A DNA stretch of 59,898 bases from Candidatus Jordarchaeia archaeon (GCA_029856435.1 JAHQXB010000155.1:1-59898), one strand, 5' to 3'. Positions 29,023 to 39,828 are shown, counted from the first letter of the stretch. The notes: generated from the sequence alone by a model not told the origin. A program made the numbers and translations.

Positions 29023-29289
29023 TTGAGGCGACTTGGAAAACCCCTACATATAACCCCGCGTGGCAACGCGATATTGCACGTAAATTTTGCTCCCAGAATT
29101 GGTTCCAAGGTGGTAACTAAAGAAATGAAGGAAGTTGGTCAAGTTTTTGACGTTTTTGGACCTGTAAAATCACCCTACGTATCCGTTAAGCTTAACATTG
29201 AACCTAGCTCTGCCGAAAATCTGGTCAACGAGGTCCTATACGAAATCATAAATAGTAAAAAAGAGAAGCGCCCGAAAAAAAGAAAATGA
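29023..29289 (+). CDS. gar1: H/ACA RNP protein Gar1
   Basis: MRRLGKPLH, VGQVFDVFGPVKSPYVSVK. Confidence 0.92.
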   Translation: MRRLGKPLHITPRGNAILHVNFAPRIGSKVVTKEMKEVGQVFDVFGPVKSPYVSVKLNIEPSSAENLVNEVLYEIINSKKEKRPKKRK

Positions 29290-29573
29290 ACCATCATTTA
29301 AGGCAACTGGGCGATTTAGATAGTGCAACTGAGAAGCAAAAGAAGAGATGAGTAATACCTTTTATTATCTCAAATACAATGGTAGTGCGCTATCAAGGGA
29401 TTGTGAGGAAATTGATCTTGTAATTATCGCAAACTGGAAATCTCATAAGTTGTTATTTCACCTAGGAAACATGCATTGGAGGAAGCATAAGGAAAACTGT
29501 AAGTTAATATTTGCTATTTATTCAACTATTTTAGACGCTTAGAATATTTGGATGGAGACTCTATAAGTTCCAT

Positions 29574-29843
29574 TCAAACGTGTCTTAGTGCGGATTTGAG
29601 AGCTTCGATAGATTTTTGCAAGTGTTCCGCAGCCTCATTCAGATGCTCAGCGACCTCGCTTGCGCCACTCTCTTCAAGTATTCTGGCATACTCTATTATC
29701 TTCTCTAAGTGGCCTGTATTGTGTTCTATCCAGTGGGAAATTAGAGGCTTCAAGCGTTGAGTTCCAAGTTTTTCATGTTGATTTTCGTGCTCATTCTCAT
29801 GTTGATGGTTGCCGTGTTCATTTTTATGTTTCATTACCTTCAC
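29574..29843 (-). CDS. His-rich small helical protein, probable metal (Ni) binding
   Basis: N-terminal HKNEHGNHQHENEHENQH tract, then LISHWIEHNTGH; lies near hypA and hypE. Confidence 0.7.
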   Translation of the reverse strand: MKVMKHKNEHGNHQHENEHENQHEKLGTQRLKPLISHWIEHNTGHLEKIIEYARILEESGASEVAEHLNEAAEHLQKSIEALKSALRHV

Positions 29844-30046
29844 CTAGTAAAACCAAATTTATTTTGAGATTTTTGACTCCATTAAGGAATATTTTCCAAT
29901 AAAACCTCATAGTCTTCCCTTTTTTACAAACTACCAAGAGTCACTCACCAGCTAACACATGCGTTAAAGCATTTCTAAATAGAATCATATTTTGTGTCAA
30001 AATATGGGCGTATTTGTTTACACTTTGAGTGCAGGATATTTTAATT

Positions 30047-31231
30047 TTACTGAGCTTCTCTTATTGCACGTAATATTTCAGAAATAGGCGCATTTGTTTT
30101 TAGTGCATTGTTTTTAAAATGGGTGCGTGTCACCAAATAGCCGCGCTCCTTTAGCCTAATCATAACTTTGTCCAACTTGGGGCAGGGAAGATTAAGCTGA
30201 TCGCATATAAGATGTAAATCATAGTAGGTAGCGGGTGAGTCTGACTCTTCAAGAATTGTGCTGAGAAGTTTTATGGATTTTTTATCACCCTCTTTTTTAG
30301 CATTTTCCAAAGTTTGAGACACGAACTCTCGAGATTGTATTTTACCGCACCACAAAGGGCCTCCAATTAAGATGTCTCCCCCGCAAAGTGGGCATTTACC
30401 AGTTAATGTTCTGGCTATACCGGGTTTTAGTTGACGGAAGTGGCAATGCGGACAGTGAATGAGGTAGCCTAACTGTTCGACTGATTCATTTGTATTCTCT
30501 GCTCCAGAACTAGTTTTTAGGTAAGTGCGGATATAGTGGTCAGTTGAGTGAGAGAGAAGAGGTGTTAGAGCTATTTCCCTCTTTGCCGCACTCAGAACAG
30601 CGCAGGAAATGAGCAATCTTACTGCAACTTCATGGCAGTACATGGTTCTTAATGGAACCCCACCATACTTCCTTAAGCAGGCGTCTCTGTGTACCCCACA
30701 CAGGGGAGCCATATCAGTGGCAGTTAAACACAGCAAACCCTCATTTTTACGCAGCACACTTAAGGCGGAGTCTAGAAAAGTAACTGGAGAACCGAATGGA
30801 TCAATGTCAACGACATCGAATCTTTTACCATAAGCAGCATTTTCTGCAAGGAAAAGATTGGCGTCCTTATTAAAAACCTGTATTTTACCCTGTAAATTAT
30901 GCATCTCCACATTTCTTTTAGCGACATTGAAGGCATCAGGACTGAGGTCATTAATTACTATTTCATCTACCCCCTCAATCTCTAAGGCGAATCGAATACC
31001 GCGAATCCCACATCCAGTTAAAGGCTCACAGATTTTCAAATTTCTTCCCGTTAACTGTTGGTGAGCCCTCACTGCATACACTGCGATATCACGATTCAGC
31101 TTCATAGCAGGATTGTAAAAAACTGGCGCCTTGGGTAAGGGGCGTCCAGCTCCAAGCTTTTCAATGGGGGGACTATATGTGTAGAAATCTACTTTGCCTT
31201 CGTGATGAATAGTTATTCGGTAATTTTCCAA
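30047..31231 (-). CDS. trm1: tRNA (guanine(26)-N2)-dimethyltransferase
   Basis: VFYNPAMKLNRD, GIRGIR, DIDPFGSP, TATD, GPLWCG, KTNAP. Confidence 0.95.
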   Translation of the reverse strand: MENYRITIHHEGKVDFYTYSPPIEKLGAGRPLPKAPVFYNPAMKLNRDIAVYAVRAHQQLTGRNLKICEPLTGCGIRGIRFALEIEGVDEIVINDLSPDAFNVAKRNVEMHNLQGKIQVFNKDANLFLAENAAYGKRFDVVDIDPFGSPVTFLDSALSVLRKNEGLLCLTATDMAPLCGVHRDACLRKYGGVPLRTMYCHEVAVRLLISCAVLSAAKREIALTPLLSHSTDHYIRTYLKTSSGAENTNESVEQLGYLIHCPHCHFRQLKPGIARTLTGKCPLCGGDILIGGPLWCGKIQSREFVSQTLENAKKEGDKKSIKLLSTILEESDSPATYYDLHLICDQLNLPCPKLDKVMIRLKERGYLVTRTHFKNNALKTNAPISEILRAIREAQ

Positions 31232-31305
31232 CTTGAATAACCACCTTAATCAGACCATATGATTTAAATGAGTGGTAATTAACTTTCTCATAGAGATTTC
31301 CGAAG

Positions 31306-31989
31306 ATGAAATATTGGAGAGAGACTTCTATGTTTATTGCTGGAGTGGACGAGGCTGGCCGGGGACCGGTTTTAGGACCTATTGTCTGCGCTGGAGTTCT
31401 AGTTAGGGAGGAGGATATTCCAGAATTAGTTAAATTGGGAGTGAAAGATTCGAAGCTCCTTCAACCTTCTAAAAGGGAAGCTCTAGCACTTGAAATACTT
31501 AAGCATGCAGTAAAAGTGGAAGTTAAAATAAGGTACCCAGAAGAAATTGACGCCGCTAGAACCAATGGTTTAAACCTAAATAAGCTTGAGGCCCAAATTT
31601 TTGCCGAAATAATAAATCAGCTTAAGCCAGACGTCACGTATGTCGACGCTGCTGATGTTAACCCAGAAAGGTTCTCTCAAATGATTAAAAATAGTCTTGT
31701 AGTAGACACCAAATTGGTTTCTCAACATAAGGCAGATTACAAAATTCCAGTAGTGAGTGCTGCCTCAATTATAGCCAAAGTGGAACGCGATAAAAAAATA
31801 AGGGAGCTAAAAAGGTTTGGTGATGTTGGATCAGGGTACTGCCACGATCCCAAAACAATCTCCTTTTTAAAGGAATGGGCCAGAGAACACGGCGAACTTC
31901 CCAATTTCGTTAGGCATTCCTGGATTACAGCAAAAAATATTTTGGATGGACTGAAGCAGAAAGTTTTGGATGATTTTAAAAACAGATAG
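31306..31989 (+). CDS. rnhB: Ribonuclease HII
   Basis: GVDEAGRGPVLGP, DSK, VSAASIIAKV, GSGY, VRHSW. Confidence 0.96.
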   Translation: MKYWRETSMFIAGVDEAGRGPVLGPIVCAGVLVREEDIPELVKLGVKDSKLLQPSKREALALEILKHAVKVEVKIRYPEEIDAARTNGLNLNKLEAQIFAEIINQLKPDVTYVDAADVNPERFSQMIKNSLVVDTKLVSQHKADYKIPVVSAASIIAKVERDKKIRELKRFGDVGSGYCHDPKTISFLKEWAREHGELPNFVRHSWITAKNILDGLKQKVLDDFKNR

Positions 31990-31990
31990 T

Positions 31991-32968
31991 TTAGTTTTTA
32001 ATACTTTTGAGACCTTGCCTCTCATATATCAATTTAAAAAGGTCTTCCGGCTCCTCGATTGCCTGAAGTTCTTCTTTTGGTATAACCGGGATCTCGGTTG
32101 AAATGTTTTTAATCTTGCAGTCGTCAAGAACAAACATCGCATATTTTTGCGCAACCTGTGAAACCTTCTCTATCGAGGTTATTCTCTGCTCAATTCTTTT
32201 TTCCTGAGCATAGCCTAAACCGGTAATTACCACTTTTTTTTGGTCTTTCTGATCTGCGGTTAAGGCGTCAAAGGGAGCCTTCCTAGCGAAAACCACTTTT
32301 AGTCCTAGCTCGCGAAGAGTTTGGCGTACTTCTTCTTCTAATTCGTCTTCGGCTTCTTGATCTGGTATTTCCTCTTCTTCAATTAACCACGAAACAATGT
32401 TGAAAGGAACCGCCAATGGAACATTTAACACTTCCTCAAGCCTTATGGCGGTTTCCAGAGTGGAATCCATACCCCCTCTCTCATACTCGTATATGGTTCT
32501 TCTAGAAACTCTAACGCAATTTGCCAATTCTCCGAAAGACATTTCCTTTTTTTCTCTGGCCCTTTTTAGAGACTCCCCATCTATTTTTACATACAATCCG
32601 CCTCTTTTGGCAAACACTATGGGGAAGATGTTCTTTTCAATAAACCTTTCAAAAGATTCAGTATTAATAGCAGGTAGACCGTGCCGCTCATATAAAAACC
32701 AGTCCTGCACCGGCTCCTTTCTCGTTCTTTCTCCAATAATTATAGGCGAGGCGGAAAGCATTTTGGAAAGAATTTTTAGTTCCCTACCAGCGTCCTCTTT
32801 AAACGCATCAATATTTTCATGCACTTTTAAAAGAAGTAAACTTTCTCCTCTACGGGCCACTATATCGAAACAACTTGGTCTAAGATCCGTATTTACGCTC
32901 ACCCGGTAGCCCGCTCTCAACAAAATATTTTTAATATCCTGTATTATTTCTCGACGCTCTGGCGTCAA
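31991..32968 (-). CDS. Conserved archaeal HTH transcriptional regulator (nuclease-like domain plus XRE HTH)
   Basis: CFDIVARR, YERHG, GGLYVKIDG, SRRTIYEYE, APFDAL. Confidence 0.85.
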   Translation of the reverse strand: MTPERREIIQDIKNILLRAGYRVSVNTDLRPSCFDIVARRGESLLLLKVHENIDAFKEDAGRELKILSKMLSASPIIIGERTRKEPVQDWFLYERHGLPAINTESFERFIEKNIFPIVFAKRGGLYVKIDGESLKRAREKKEMSFGELANCVRVSRRTIYEYERGGMDSTLETAIRLEEVLNVPLAVPFNIVSWLIEEEEIPDQEAEDELEEEVRQTLRELGLKVVFARKAPFDALTADQKDQKKVVITGLGYAQEKRIEQRITSIEKVSQVAQKYAMFVLDDCKIKNISTEIPVIPKEELQAIEEPEDLFKLIYERQGLKSIKN

Positions 32969-33151
32969 ATCGGTTACCTCAAATTCAAAGCATTTGAGTG
33001 CTCTGATTGCTATATATATTAACTATTTTAATGATTTATTATTATTTTACGAAAAGAAATCATAGATATAAAAAACTTCCGTATAACTAATATTAAGGCA
33101 TGAATCTGAGAAGGTGAAGCTTAGTTCAAATTCGAAAAAAATGCTGTCCAT

Positions 33152-33655
33152 TTAAATTATTCCTTCTCTTAAGTCAGAATTCCTGAGGTTAATTTTAGTA
33201 GTTGCAAAGCCTATGGTGGTAAGCGACCTTATTTTTTTCCTTACTTCAAGCACCTGATGACGGTAAATGTAGGGAAGAAAACTGTGTTCCTCCATTGAGA
33301 AAGGGTTCTTCTCACCTAGCAGTTTCATTACCACCGCCTGTTCTATTTTGCCCCCACCGATACTGAAAACGCCCTCACCCATATCTATTCTTCTGATAAA
33401 GACTATGGGAAGTTGAATTCTTCCATGAAATTCCTTGGGAACTATGCTGGCTAAGAACTCCAGTTCTTTCCTCTCAAAAGGAATTCTATCCCCATTAAGA
33501 GTTATCACGTGGGGATCCTTGGATTCCAAAAGCGTCTCCAATGTCTTATAATTTCGGGGTAAGTGGTCGTTTATCTTGTCAATTTCACTTTTCCATATCT
33601 TTGCGAGAATGTCTAGTTTCATGAAAATCGCGACCCACAGCTGCGAATCTTCCAA
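33152..33655 (-). CDS. DUF61 (UPF0216) family protein
   Basis: INDHLP...TLETLL, ELEFLA, LPIV, IRSLTTI; position upstream of fibrillarin. Confidence 0.7.
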   Translation of the reverse strand: MEDSQLWVAIFMKLDILAKIWKSEIDKINDHLPRNYKTLETLLESKDPHVITLNGDRIPFERKELEFLASIVPKEFHGRIQLPIVFIRRIDMGEGVFSIGGGKIEQAVVMKLLGEKNPFSMEEHSFLPYIYRHQVLEVRKKIRSLTTIGFATTKINLRNSDLREGII

Positions 33656-33695
33656 TCATAATATTCCAAGCTTGCTTTTTCAACATTGGGGAAGG

Positions 33696-34391
33696 CTATT
33701 TGAATTTTGCTAGCACCATGGCGTGAGCCTTATCGAAGGGTTCTAGATTGATAACCTGCAGTATCTCAAACCCTCTTTCCCTAAGAACATTAGTTTCCTC
33801 TTTAAAAACTATGGCGGGTTCTTTTGTCACATCTATGCTTTGCGCCTTTATGGCTAACAAGGTATAGCCGCCACTCTTAAGAAACATTTCAGAGTTATCC
33901 GCAAGAAGCCCGGCTTGCTCGGGTTGAGCAACATCACTATAAATGTTGTCAACCTGTTCAACCAGCATTCTGTACTTTTCTGGAAATCTGGCATCTGCAA
34001 GTATGGGAATCATGTTCCTCCTCTTTTCACATACTCTAACCAATTCTCTCATTACGCGAGGTGAAAACTCTACGCAGAATACGAGCCCATCTTTTCCCAC
34101 TATGTCTGCTACGTGGCTAGCAGTGGTTCCAGAAGCTGAACCCAGATATAATACTTTGTCGCCCTCTTTTATGGGAACCGTTTCAATTCCCTTGAGTATG
34201 GAGGCCGCCAATTTGCTTCGATAGGGCTCCCATAAACGATATTCTCTTCCCTCATAGGTAATTAGTTTCTCGCCGTAAACTTGGAATCCCGGTGAAATGT
34301 TCTGCGTTGCAAGGCGTTTCACGCCATCATCACCTTCAACCAGAAATACGCCTTTGAATCTGTTGTGAGGTTCTACAATCAATTTATCCAC
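33696..34391 (-). CDS. flpA: Fibrillarin-like rRNA/tRNA 2'-O-methyltransferase
   Basis: WEPYRSKLAA, VLYLGSASGTTASHV, DVAQPEQA, EPFDKAH. Confidence 0.97.
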   Translation of the reverse strand: MDKLIVEPHNRFKGVFLVEGDDGVKRLATQNISPGFQVYGEKLITYEGREYRLWEPYRSKLAASILKGIETVPIKEGDKVLYLGSASGTTASHVADIVGKDGLVFCVEFSPRVMRELVRVCEKRRNMIPILADARFPEKYRMLVEQVDNIYSDVAQPEQAGLLADNSEMFLKSGGYTLLAIKAQSIDVTKEPAIVFKEETNVLRERGFEILQVINLEPFDKAHAMVLAKFK

Positions 34392-34397
34392 CTTACA

Positions 34398-35639
34398 CTA
34401 TTTTTCTTTTTTACGCCTTATCTTACTGCCACTCGCCCTACCCCTCCTTTTGACCGGGGGTGTGGTTTTTTTGGGTTTGTGTGGCGGAGGTTTAGGGTAC
34501 TTAGCTTTTATCTGTGCGATTCTTCGTTTAATATCCTCTTTTAATTCTTCTGCGACATATTCTCCTGTGAAGGCATCAATTCGTGCGGCAATTGCGAGTT
34601 TTCCAGCATAAACTCTGGCAATTTTGCCTCTCTGCCACCAAGGAGCAGTGTTAATTTCCGCGTGTCGGAAGATTACTCCATGTTTTGGTGGCGGTGCACC
34701 AGTCCTTTTGCTACGGAAAAGGGCCTTTTCAGCACCTAGGATTTGGGTTATGCTTGAGGGCAACCGGGCTAACTCATTAATCCCTCCCGCCAAACTTATT
34801 AGTCGAGCACCTAGAAGGGGGCCGATTATGCCGTTAACGTTTGGTGCCACTTCTTTCATCATTTCAGATATGTACCTCTCAACCTCCCTCCTCAATTCGA
34901 ATAGTCTATAAGTTTCCCCCGCGATTTCTCTCAGAATTTCCATATCATCCTCTGAAATTTCTGCTCCCATTGATTTACGGGCTTCGTCCATAATTTTTGA
35001 AACTGTTTCATCGGGGAGTCTCTGTAAATTCTTTAATTTTTCAGTAGTGAAATTCGACCTGAGTCCTAGTTCGCCCACTATTTGCACAAAGGCTTGATGG
35101 CTGGATACAATTTTGTCCAATTCCGGAAAGTGGAGACTATACCATTCCCTTATACGGGTGGAGAATAGGTTTAGAGTGTTGTCAATGTCGTCAAGTGAGA
35201 ACACAGCTTGCACTATCATTTTGTCCCGCTTTTCTCCCTCCTCCTTAATCTTAATTCGAGTTAAGTGGGTGTTAATTTCCCAAAGAAGCTCATTAAACTC
35301 TGATTCGGATAACCCGCTTCTCACTCTACTAACATAATCCCGCAGAGCCATTCTGAATTTTTTCGCAATAACAGAGGGCTTCTCAACTTCAACCTTCACA
35401 TACATTTTATCCCTGAGATTTCTAGCGAGTAAATCATCCTCTAAAACAAAGGTTACATCCTGACCCTTGAAATTGTCGACCAGATTTAACAGCTCCTCAA
35501 CCACCCCTCCTTCCTGCAATTGAATGATTTTCTCTACCGCACTTGAAACGTTTTCAGGCCACAAGGAGGAAGCTAATAGGTTTCCATCCTGATCCAGTGC
35601 AAAAACGCCAAACGCACTTTCTGTCAAGTAAACTCTCAT
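34398..35639 (-). CDS. nop5: C/D box RNP protein Nop5 (Nop56/58)
   Basis: REWYSLHFPEL, APN, QILGAEKALF, PKHGVIF, RGKIAR, RIDAF. Confidence 0.96.
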   Translation of the reverse strand: MRVYLTESAFGVFALDQDGNLLASSLWPENVSSAVEKIIQLQEGGVVEELLNLVDNFKGQDVTFVLEDDLLARNLRDKMYVKVEVEKPSVIAKKFRMALRDYVSRVRSGLSESEFNELLWEINTHLTRIKIKEEGEKRDKMIVQAVFSLDDIDNTLNLFSTRIREWYSLHFPELDKIVSSHQAFVQIVGELGLRSNFTTEKLKNLQRLPDETVSKIMDEARKSMGAEISEDDMEILREIAGETYRLFELRREVERYISEMMKEVAPNVNGIIGPLLGARLISLAGGINELARLPSSITQILGAEKALFRSKRTGAPPPKHGVIFRHAEINTAPWWQRGKIARVYAGKLAIAARIDAFTGEYVAEELKEDIKRRIAQIKAKYPKPPPHKPKKTTPPVKRRGRASGSKIRRKKEK

Positions 35640-35778
35640 TGCTATCCCATCCGCACCATTGAAATCCTTTTAACCCATAAAGACCATTTTTTCCGTGAAC
35701 ATAGTAAATTTAAGCGTTAAGTGAAATTTAGATTGCTTCCTTAAGAATATTGTTGAAACTAGGGCCGGAGGTCTAAAA

Positions 35779-36687
35779 TTGGCCAATATTTCAGTTAGCT
35801 TATCTAACCTTAAACTGCCCAATCCAACCATGCTTGCATCCGGAATAATAGGAGTCTCAGGAAAGCTTCTCTTAAGAGCGGCAAATGAAGGAGCTGGAGC
35901 CGTCGTCACCAAATCTATAGGTCCGGAGCCCAGAAAAGGCTACGAAAATCCTTGTCTAGCTGAGGTGTCCAAAAACACCTATCTAAACGCAATGGGATTA
36001 CCCAATCCCGGCGTGAAGTTTTTTGCAGAAGAACTGAGAATAGCAAAAAGGGGAGGTGTTCCAGTTATCGCAAGTGTATTCGGAGGCACGCCCTCAGAAT
36101 TTTCATATGTTGCTTCCCTAATGGAGAAAGCTGGGGCGGATGCCGTTGAACTTAATGTTTCTTGCCCCCACAGCGAGGTGGCTATAATAGGCCAAAGCTG
36201 TGAGCTTGTAGGTGCAATAGTTAAAGAGGTTAGAAAAAAGGTAAAGATTCCCATTCTGGTTAAGTTGAACCCCAATGTGACAGACATTGTAGAAATAGCT
36301 GTCGAAGCAGAGAAAGCCGGGGCAGACATACTCACCGCAATAAATACTGTGAGGGCTATGGCTATAGATATAAATACCTGTAAACCAGTTTTGGCTAATC
36401 GAGTCGGTGGATTATCCGGCGAAGCATTAAGACCTATTGCGGTGCGATGCATCTATGAAATATATGAGCATGTAAAAATTCCCATAGTGGGAGTAGGGGG
36501 CATTTTCCACTGGAGCCACGCCATAGAACATATTTTAGCAGGTGCAACAGCAGTTCAAATTGGTACCGCAATGGTGAACGGGTTTCAAATTTTCCGCGAG
36601 ATATCACACGGCATCAAAAGATATCTTGAGAAAAAGGGATACCAAAACATTAATGAAATAGTGGGCATCGCACACAAGGAGGGCTGA
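35779..36687 (+). CDS. pyrD: Dihydroorotate dehydrogenase B, catalytic subunit
   Basis: MLASG, GAVVTKS, NAMGLPNPG, ELNVSCPH, KLNPN, GGLSG, GVGGI. Confidence 0.96.
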   Translation: MANISVSLSNLKLPNPTMLASGIIGVSGKLLLRAANEGAGAVVTKSIGPEPRKGYENPCLAEVSKNTYLNAMGLPNPGVKFFAEELRIAKRGGVPVIASVFGGTPSEFSYVASLMEKAGADAVELNVSCPHSEVAIIGQSCELVGAIVKEVRKKVKIPILVKLNPNVTDIVEIAVEAEKAGADILTAINTVRAMAIDINTCKPVLANRVGGLSGEALRPIAVRCIYEIYEHVKIPIVGVGGIFHWSHAIEHILAGATAVQIGTAMVNGFQIFREISHGIKRYLEKKGYQNINEIVGIAHKEG

Positions 36688-36689
36688 AA

Positions 36690-37484
36690 TTGATTAATAA
36701 GTCTCGAATTGTAAGAATCGTTAAAACTAAACAGGAAACGCCAACCATAAAGAGCCTATTCTTCCAAGACGACGAAGCCTCCAAATCCAAGCCTGGCCAA
36801 TTTTTAATGATTTGGATTCCGGGAATAGATGAAATCCCTATGAGTGTGTCCAATATTAACCCTCCAAGAATAACAGTTAAACGTGTAGGCAAAGGAACAG
36901 AAGCACTCAGCAGTTTGGAAAAGAATGATGAAATAGGAATTAAGGGGCCCTACGGCAACGGCTTCACCATTACCGGTCAAAAAGTACTGGTTGTGGGAGG
37001 CGGAGTGGGAGTAGCCGCCCTTCTGCCTCTGGTTAAACTGTTAATTAAGGAGAATAAAGAGACCACGGTAATTATAGGCGCCAAAACCAAACAAGAGCTA
37101 CTATTCAAAAGGGAAATAGAAAAATTAGTAGGAAAAGACCAGCTTATGATATGCACAGACGATGGCAGCGCAGGACTTAAAATGATGGCCAGCGACCTAG
37201 CTACCCACATCGTTGAAAAAAACAGTTACGACCAAATTTATACCTGCGGACCAGAAAAAATGATTTACAAGATATTCGAGTTAGCAGAGAAGAAAGGCAC
37301 CCCACTGCAAGCGGCTCTTGAAAGGTATATGAAGTGTGGATTTGGCTTATGCGGAAGCTGCGGCATAGGTCACCTTTTAGTTTGTAAGGATGGCCCAGTA
37401 CTGGACAGCCAAAGTTTAGAAAAAGTTAAAGAAGAATTTGGGAAACTACGCCGGGGCCCCTCTGGAGAATTTGAAAAAATTTGA
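36690..37484 (+). CDS. pyrK: Dihydroorotate dehydrogenase electron transfer subunit
   Basis: PGQF, GPYGNGF, GGGVG, CGP, MKCGFGLCGSC, CKDGPV. Confidence 0.95.
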   Translation: MINKSRIVRIVKTKQETPTIKSLFFQDDEASKSKPGQFLMIWIPGIDEIPMSVSNINPPRITVKRVGKGTEALSSLEKNDEIGIKGPYGNGFTITGQKVLVVGGGVGVAALLPLVKLLIKENKETTVIIGAKTKQELLFKREIEKLVGKDQLMICTDDGSAGLKMMASDLATHIVEKNSYDQIYTCGPEKMIYKIFELAEKKGTPLQAALERYMKCGFGLCGSCGIGHLLVCKDGPVLDSQSLEKVKEEFGKLRRGPSGEFEKI

Positions 37485-37544
37485 TACACACCTCTGCGTA
37501 TTACTGAAAAATAAAAGCCATAATATAAACAATTATATTTAGGC

Positions 37545-38561
37545 TTGCCCAATAACTATTCGAATCCCCTCCACCACGATACAACTTCGTCTGAGGTTTA
37601 TAAAAGCGGGGTTAGAGGAATGATTGAAACAGAAAATCTGGAACAAAACATTTTCAAGGTGCAGAAACTTCTGAAATGGTTTGAAACAGAGGCTAACATT
37701 GATAGAGCCCTTAGCAGCGAGGAAGGCCCCATTGAGCTAAGAAAAAGGGCAGGGGAAAACATTAACCAACTGAGAGAATTAATCCGATCCATTAAAAACA
37801 TTTCCCTTCAGGGATGCCCTGAAAAAAGCATAGAAATAGAGGAGAGCTACGCCTCTGCCATAGAGTCTCTGGAAGCTTTTGCCAAAATAATAGGGGATAA
37901 CGAGTTGAACGCTGCTAGAGCATTTCATTTAAGCCAAAACGCTCTAACCCAAATGTTAAATAAAATACACAAACTCGTACTATTAATTAAACCCGCCGAT
38001 GAGGAACCTCTCATTCTGAAAATTTTGGAATTAAAGCAGAGAGTCGAAGATTTAGAGACCGAAAGAGACCAACTATTCGCTGAACTCCACCGCATAAAAT
38101 TCGGAGAAGAACCAATTTTAGAAACACACCCACTACAAAGCCCACACATCATATTTTCAGAAACTGCACAAAAAGAAATTGAAAAACTTCGAATGGAAAA
38201 AGAAGAACTAGAAAAACAACTAAACGAACTCAGAGGAGGAGAAAAATCCAAGGCCTACCAAAGCCTGTTAAAAGAGAACAATGAACTCCGAGAAAGAACA
38301 GCCCGACTAACAGAAGCCCTCAGAATCACCAGAGCACAAAGCGAAAACAAGTTCAAACAGCTACTACAAGAACGAGACGAGTGGCGAACCAAAGCTCTAG
38401 AAAAAACGGTACGCAGCATAGAAGAAACCATGTACGACCTAAGAAATCAACTTGAAAACCTAAAAAAGGAAAACCAACAACTTAAACAAAAACTAAACCT
38501 AATCCCACAAAAAGAAGAAGACACAGATAAAAGCCAAAAATATAACCTGTACTATGTCTAA
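37545..38561 (+). CDS. Hypothetical coiled-coil protein (probable start ATG 37620)
   Basis: Long ORF rich in E/K/L/Q heptads; GAGG upstream of ATG 37620. Confidence 0.75.
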   Translation: MPNNYSNPLHHDTTSSEVYKSGVRGMIETENLEQNIFKVQKLLKWFETEANIDRALSSEEGPIELRKRAGENINQLRELIRSIKNISLQGCPEKSIEIEESYASAIESLEAFAKIIGDNELNAARAFHLSQNALTQMLNKIHKLVLLIKPADEEPLILKILELKQRVEDLETERDQLFAELHRIKFGEEPILETHPLQSPHIIFSETAQKEIEKLRMEKEELEKQLNELRGGEKSKAYQSLLKENNELRERTARLTEALRITRAQSENKFKQLLQERDEWRTKALEKTVRSIEETMYDLRNQLENLKKENQQLKQKLNLIPQKEEDTDKSQKYNLYYV

Positions 38562-38754
38562 ACCCCAGAAAAATAGCAAACCCCCATATCTTAGGCGTCT
38601 CTGACAAACCCACATACTCCTACACATTACAGATAAAGAATGAAAATATGTTTTCACAGCGAAAATATAGCAAATTTTAAACCGCCAGTTTGTATATAAA
38701 AAGCTACGTACGTTAAAGTCTTCTAAACACATAGGTTTTCGCGTAAACCATTAT

Positions 38755-39828
38755 ATGCTGAAGAGCCTTGGAAGAATGAAAACCTGTTTTAAAAGGAGTA
38801 TATTCAAACCGAAAAGCGTAAACATCAGAAACTATTTTAAGCAATTAAAAACAAAGAATTGTTTTAAATTCATAGTAATCACCCATTGGAAAAGGAGGAA
38901 GAGATTATTGGTTTACACGTCGCTTTGGGAAATAATCTTCGACATCATAGTTCTAATAATTGTTTTCGGCTTCGTATTCGCAGTGATAGGCGCGGGAGAA
39001 GTCCTCAGAAAAAAGAAAAACCTTGACCCCAGCTTCACCCGAAAAATGATTCACTTCTTCGCAGGAGACGCCATACTATTCTGCCCCTTCTTCATAAACC
39101 CACAGATAATACCCATAATACCATTAGTGATGGGAATACTAATATTCTTCTCATCCCCGAAGTCCCCCATAAAAAGCATGAAGTCCATGTTCGAAGTAAT
39201 GGCAAGGGCCGAAGACTACGCTGCAGGACACATCTACGGACCACTATACTACATAATTTCCATAGGCATCCTTGTAACCGCATTCGCCTACTCCGCAGGA
39301 GGAGCCTACTGGCCACTATTCACAATAGCAGCAATAGGACTATTCGCAATGTATTATGGCGACGGCTTAGCCACTATCGTTGGCCAAAAATGGGGAAAAC
39401 ATAAATACACCATTAGAGGATGCACACGAAGCATTCAAGGATCTTTAACCGTGTTCATAATGACTTTTCTGTCAGCCTTCTTAGTTATATTCTACTTTAG
39501 CTTCTTTGGATTCTGGCCCAGTGCGCCACCAAACCAGTGGTTAACAATCTGGCTACTACATAATTTTAGCCCAATTATAGCCACTTATCTCGCCCTAAGC
39601 ATATTTCTAACCACACCCCCAGTTATCCCAACACTCACCTTAATCCTTATTTCGGGAATAGTGGGAGGAATAACGGCGACAATAATCGAAGGATGTTCAG
39701 GAAGAGAACTAGACAACATATATGTACCATTAGCAGTTACTACTGTGATATTACTCCTAATCTTCCTGATGTTCCCCAGCTATTTCACGGTACTATCCTA
39801 CAATTTGGGCAATCTAATCCCCTTCTAG
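38755..39828 (+). CDS. Phytol/dolichol kinase-like membrane protein (SEC59/cytidylyltransferase family; probable start TTG 38908)
   Basis: TRKMIHF, GPLYY, YGDGLATIVG, RSIQGS, DNIYVP, multiple TM segments; GGAGG before TTG 38908. Confidence 0.85.
   Translation: MLKSLGRMKTCFKRSIFKPKSVNIRNYFKQLKTKNCFKFIVITHWKRRKRLLVYTSLWEIIFDIIVLIIVFGFVFAVIGAGEVLRKKKNLDPSFTRKMIHFFAGDAILFCPFFINPQIIPIIPLVMGILIFFSSPKSPIKSMKSMFEVMARAEDYAAGHIYGPLYYIISIGILVTAFAYSAGGAYWPLFTIAAIGLFAMYYGDGLATIVGQKWGKHKYTIRGCTRSIQGSLTVFIMTFLSAFLVIFYFSFFGFWPSAPPNQWLTIWLLHNFSPIIATYLALSIFLTTPPVIPTLTLILISGIVGGITATIIEGCSGRELDNIYVPLAVTTVILLLIFLMFPSYFTVLSYNLGNLIPF

Noticed and set aside
29286-29542. Possible tfb remnant after gar1 (NGSALSRDCEEIDLVI)
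   Set aside because: The gar1-tfb gene order is common, but the zinc-ribbon cysteines are missing and the similarity is too weak to support.
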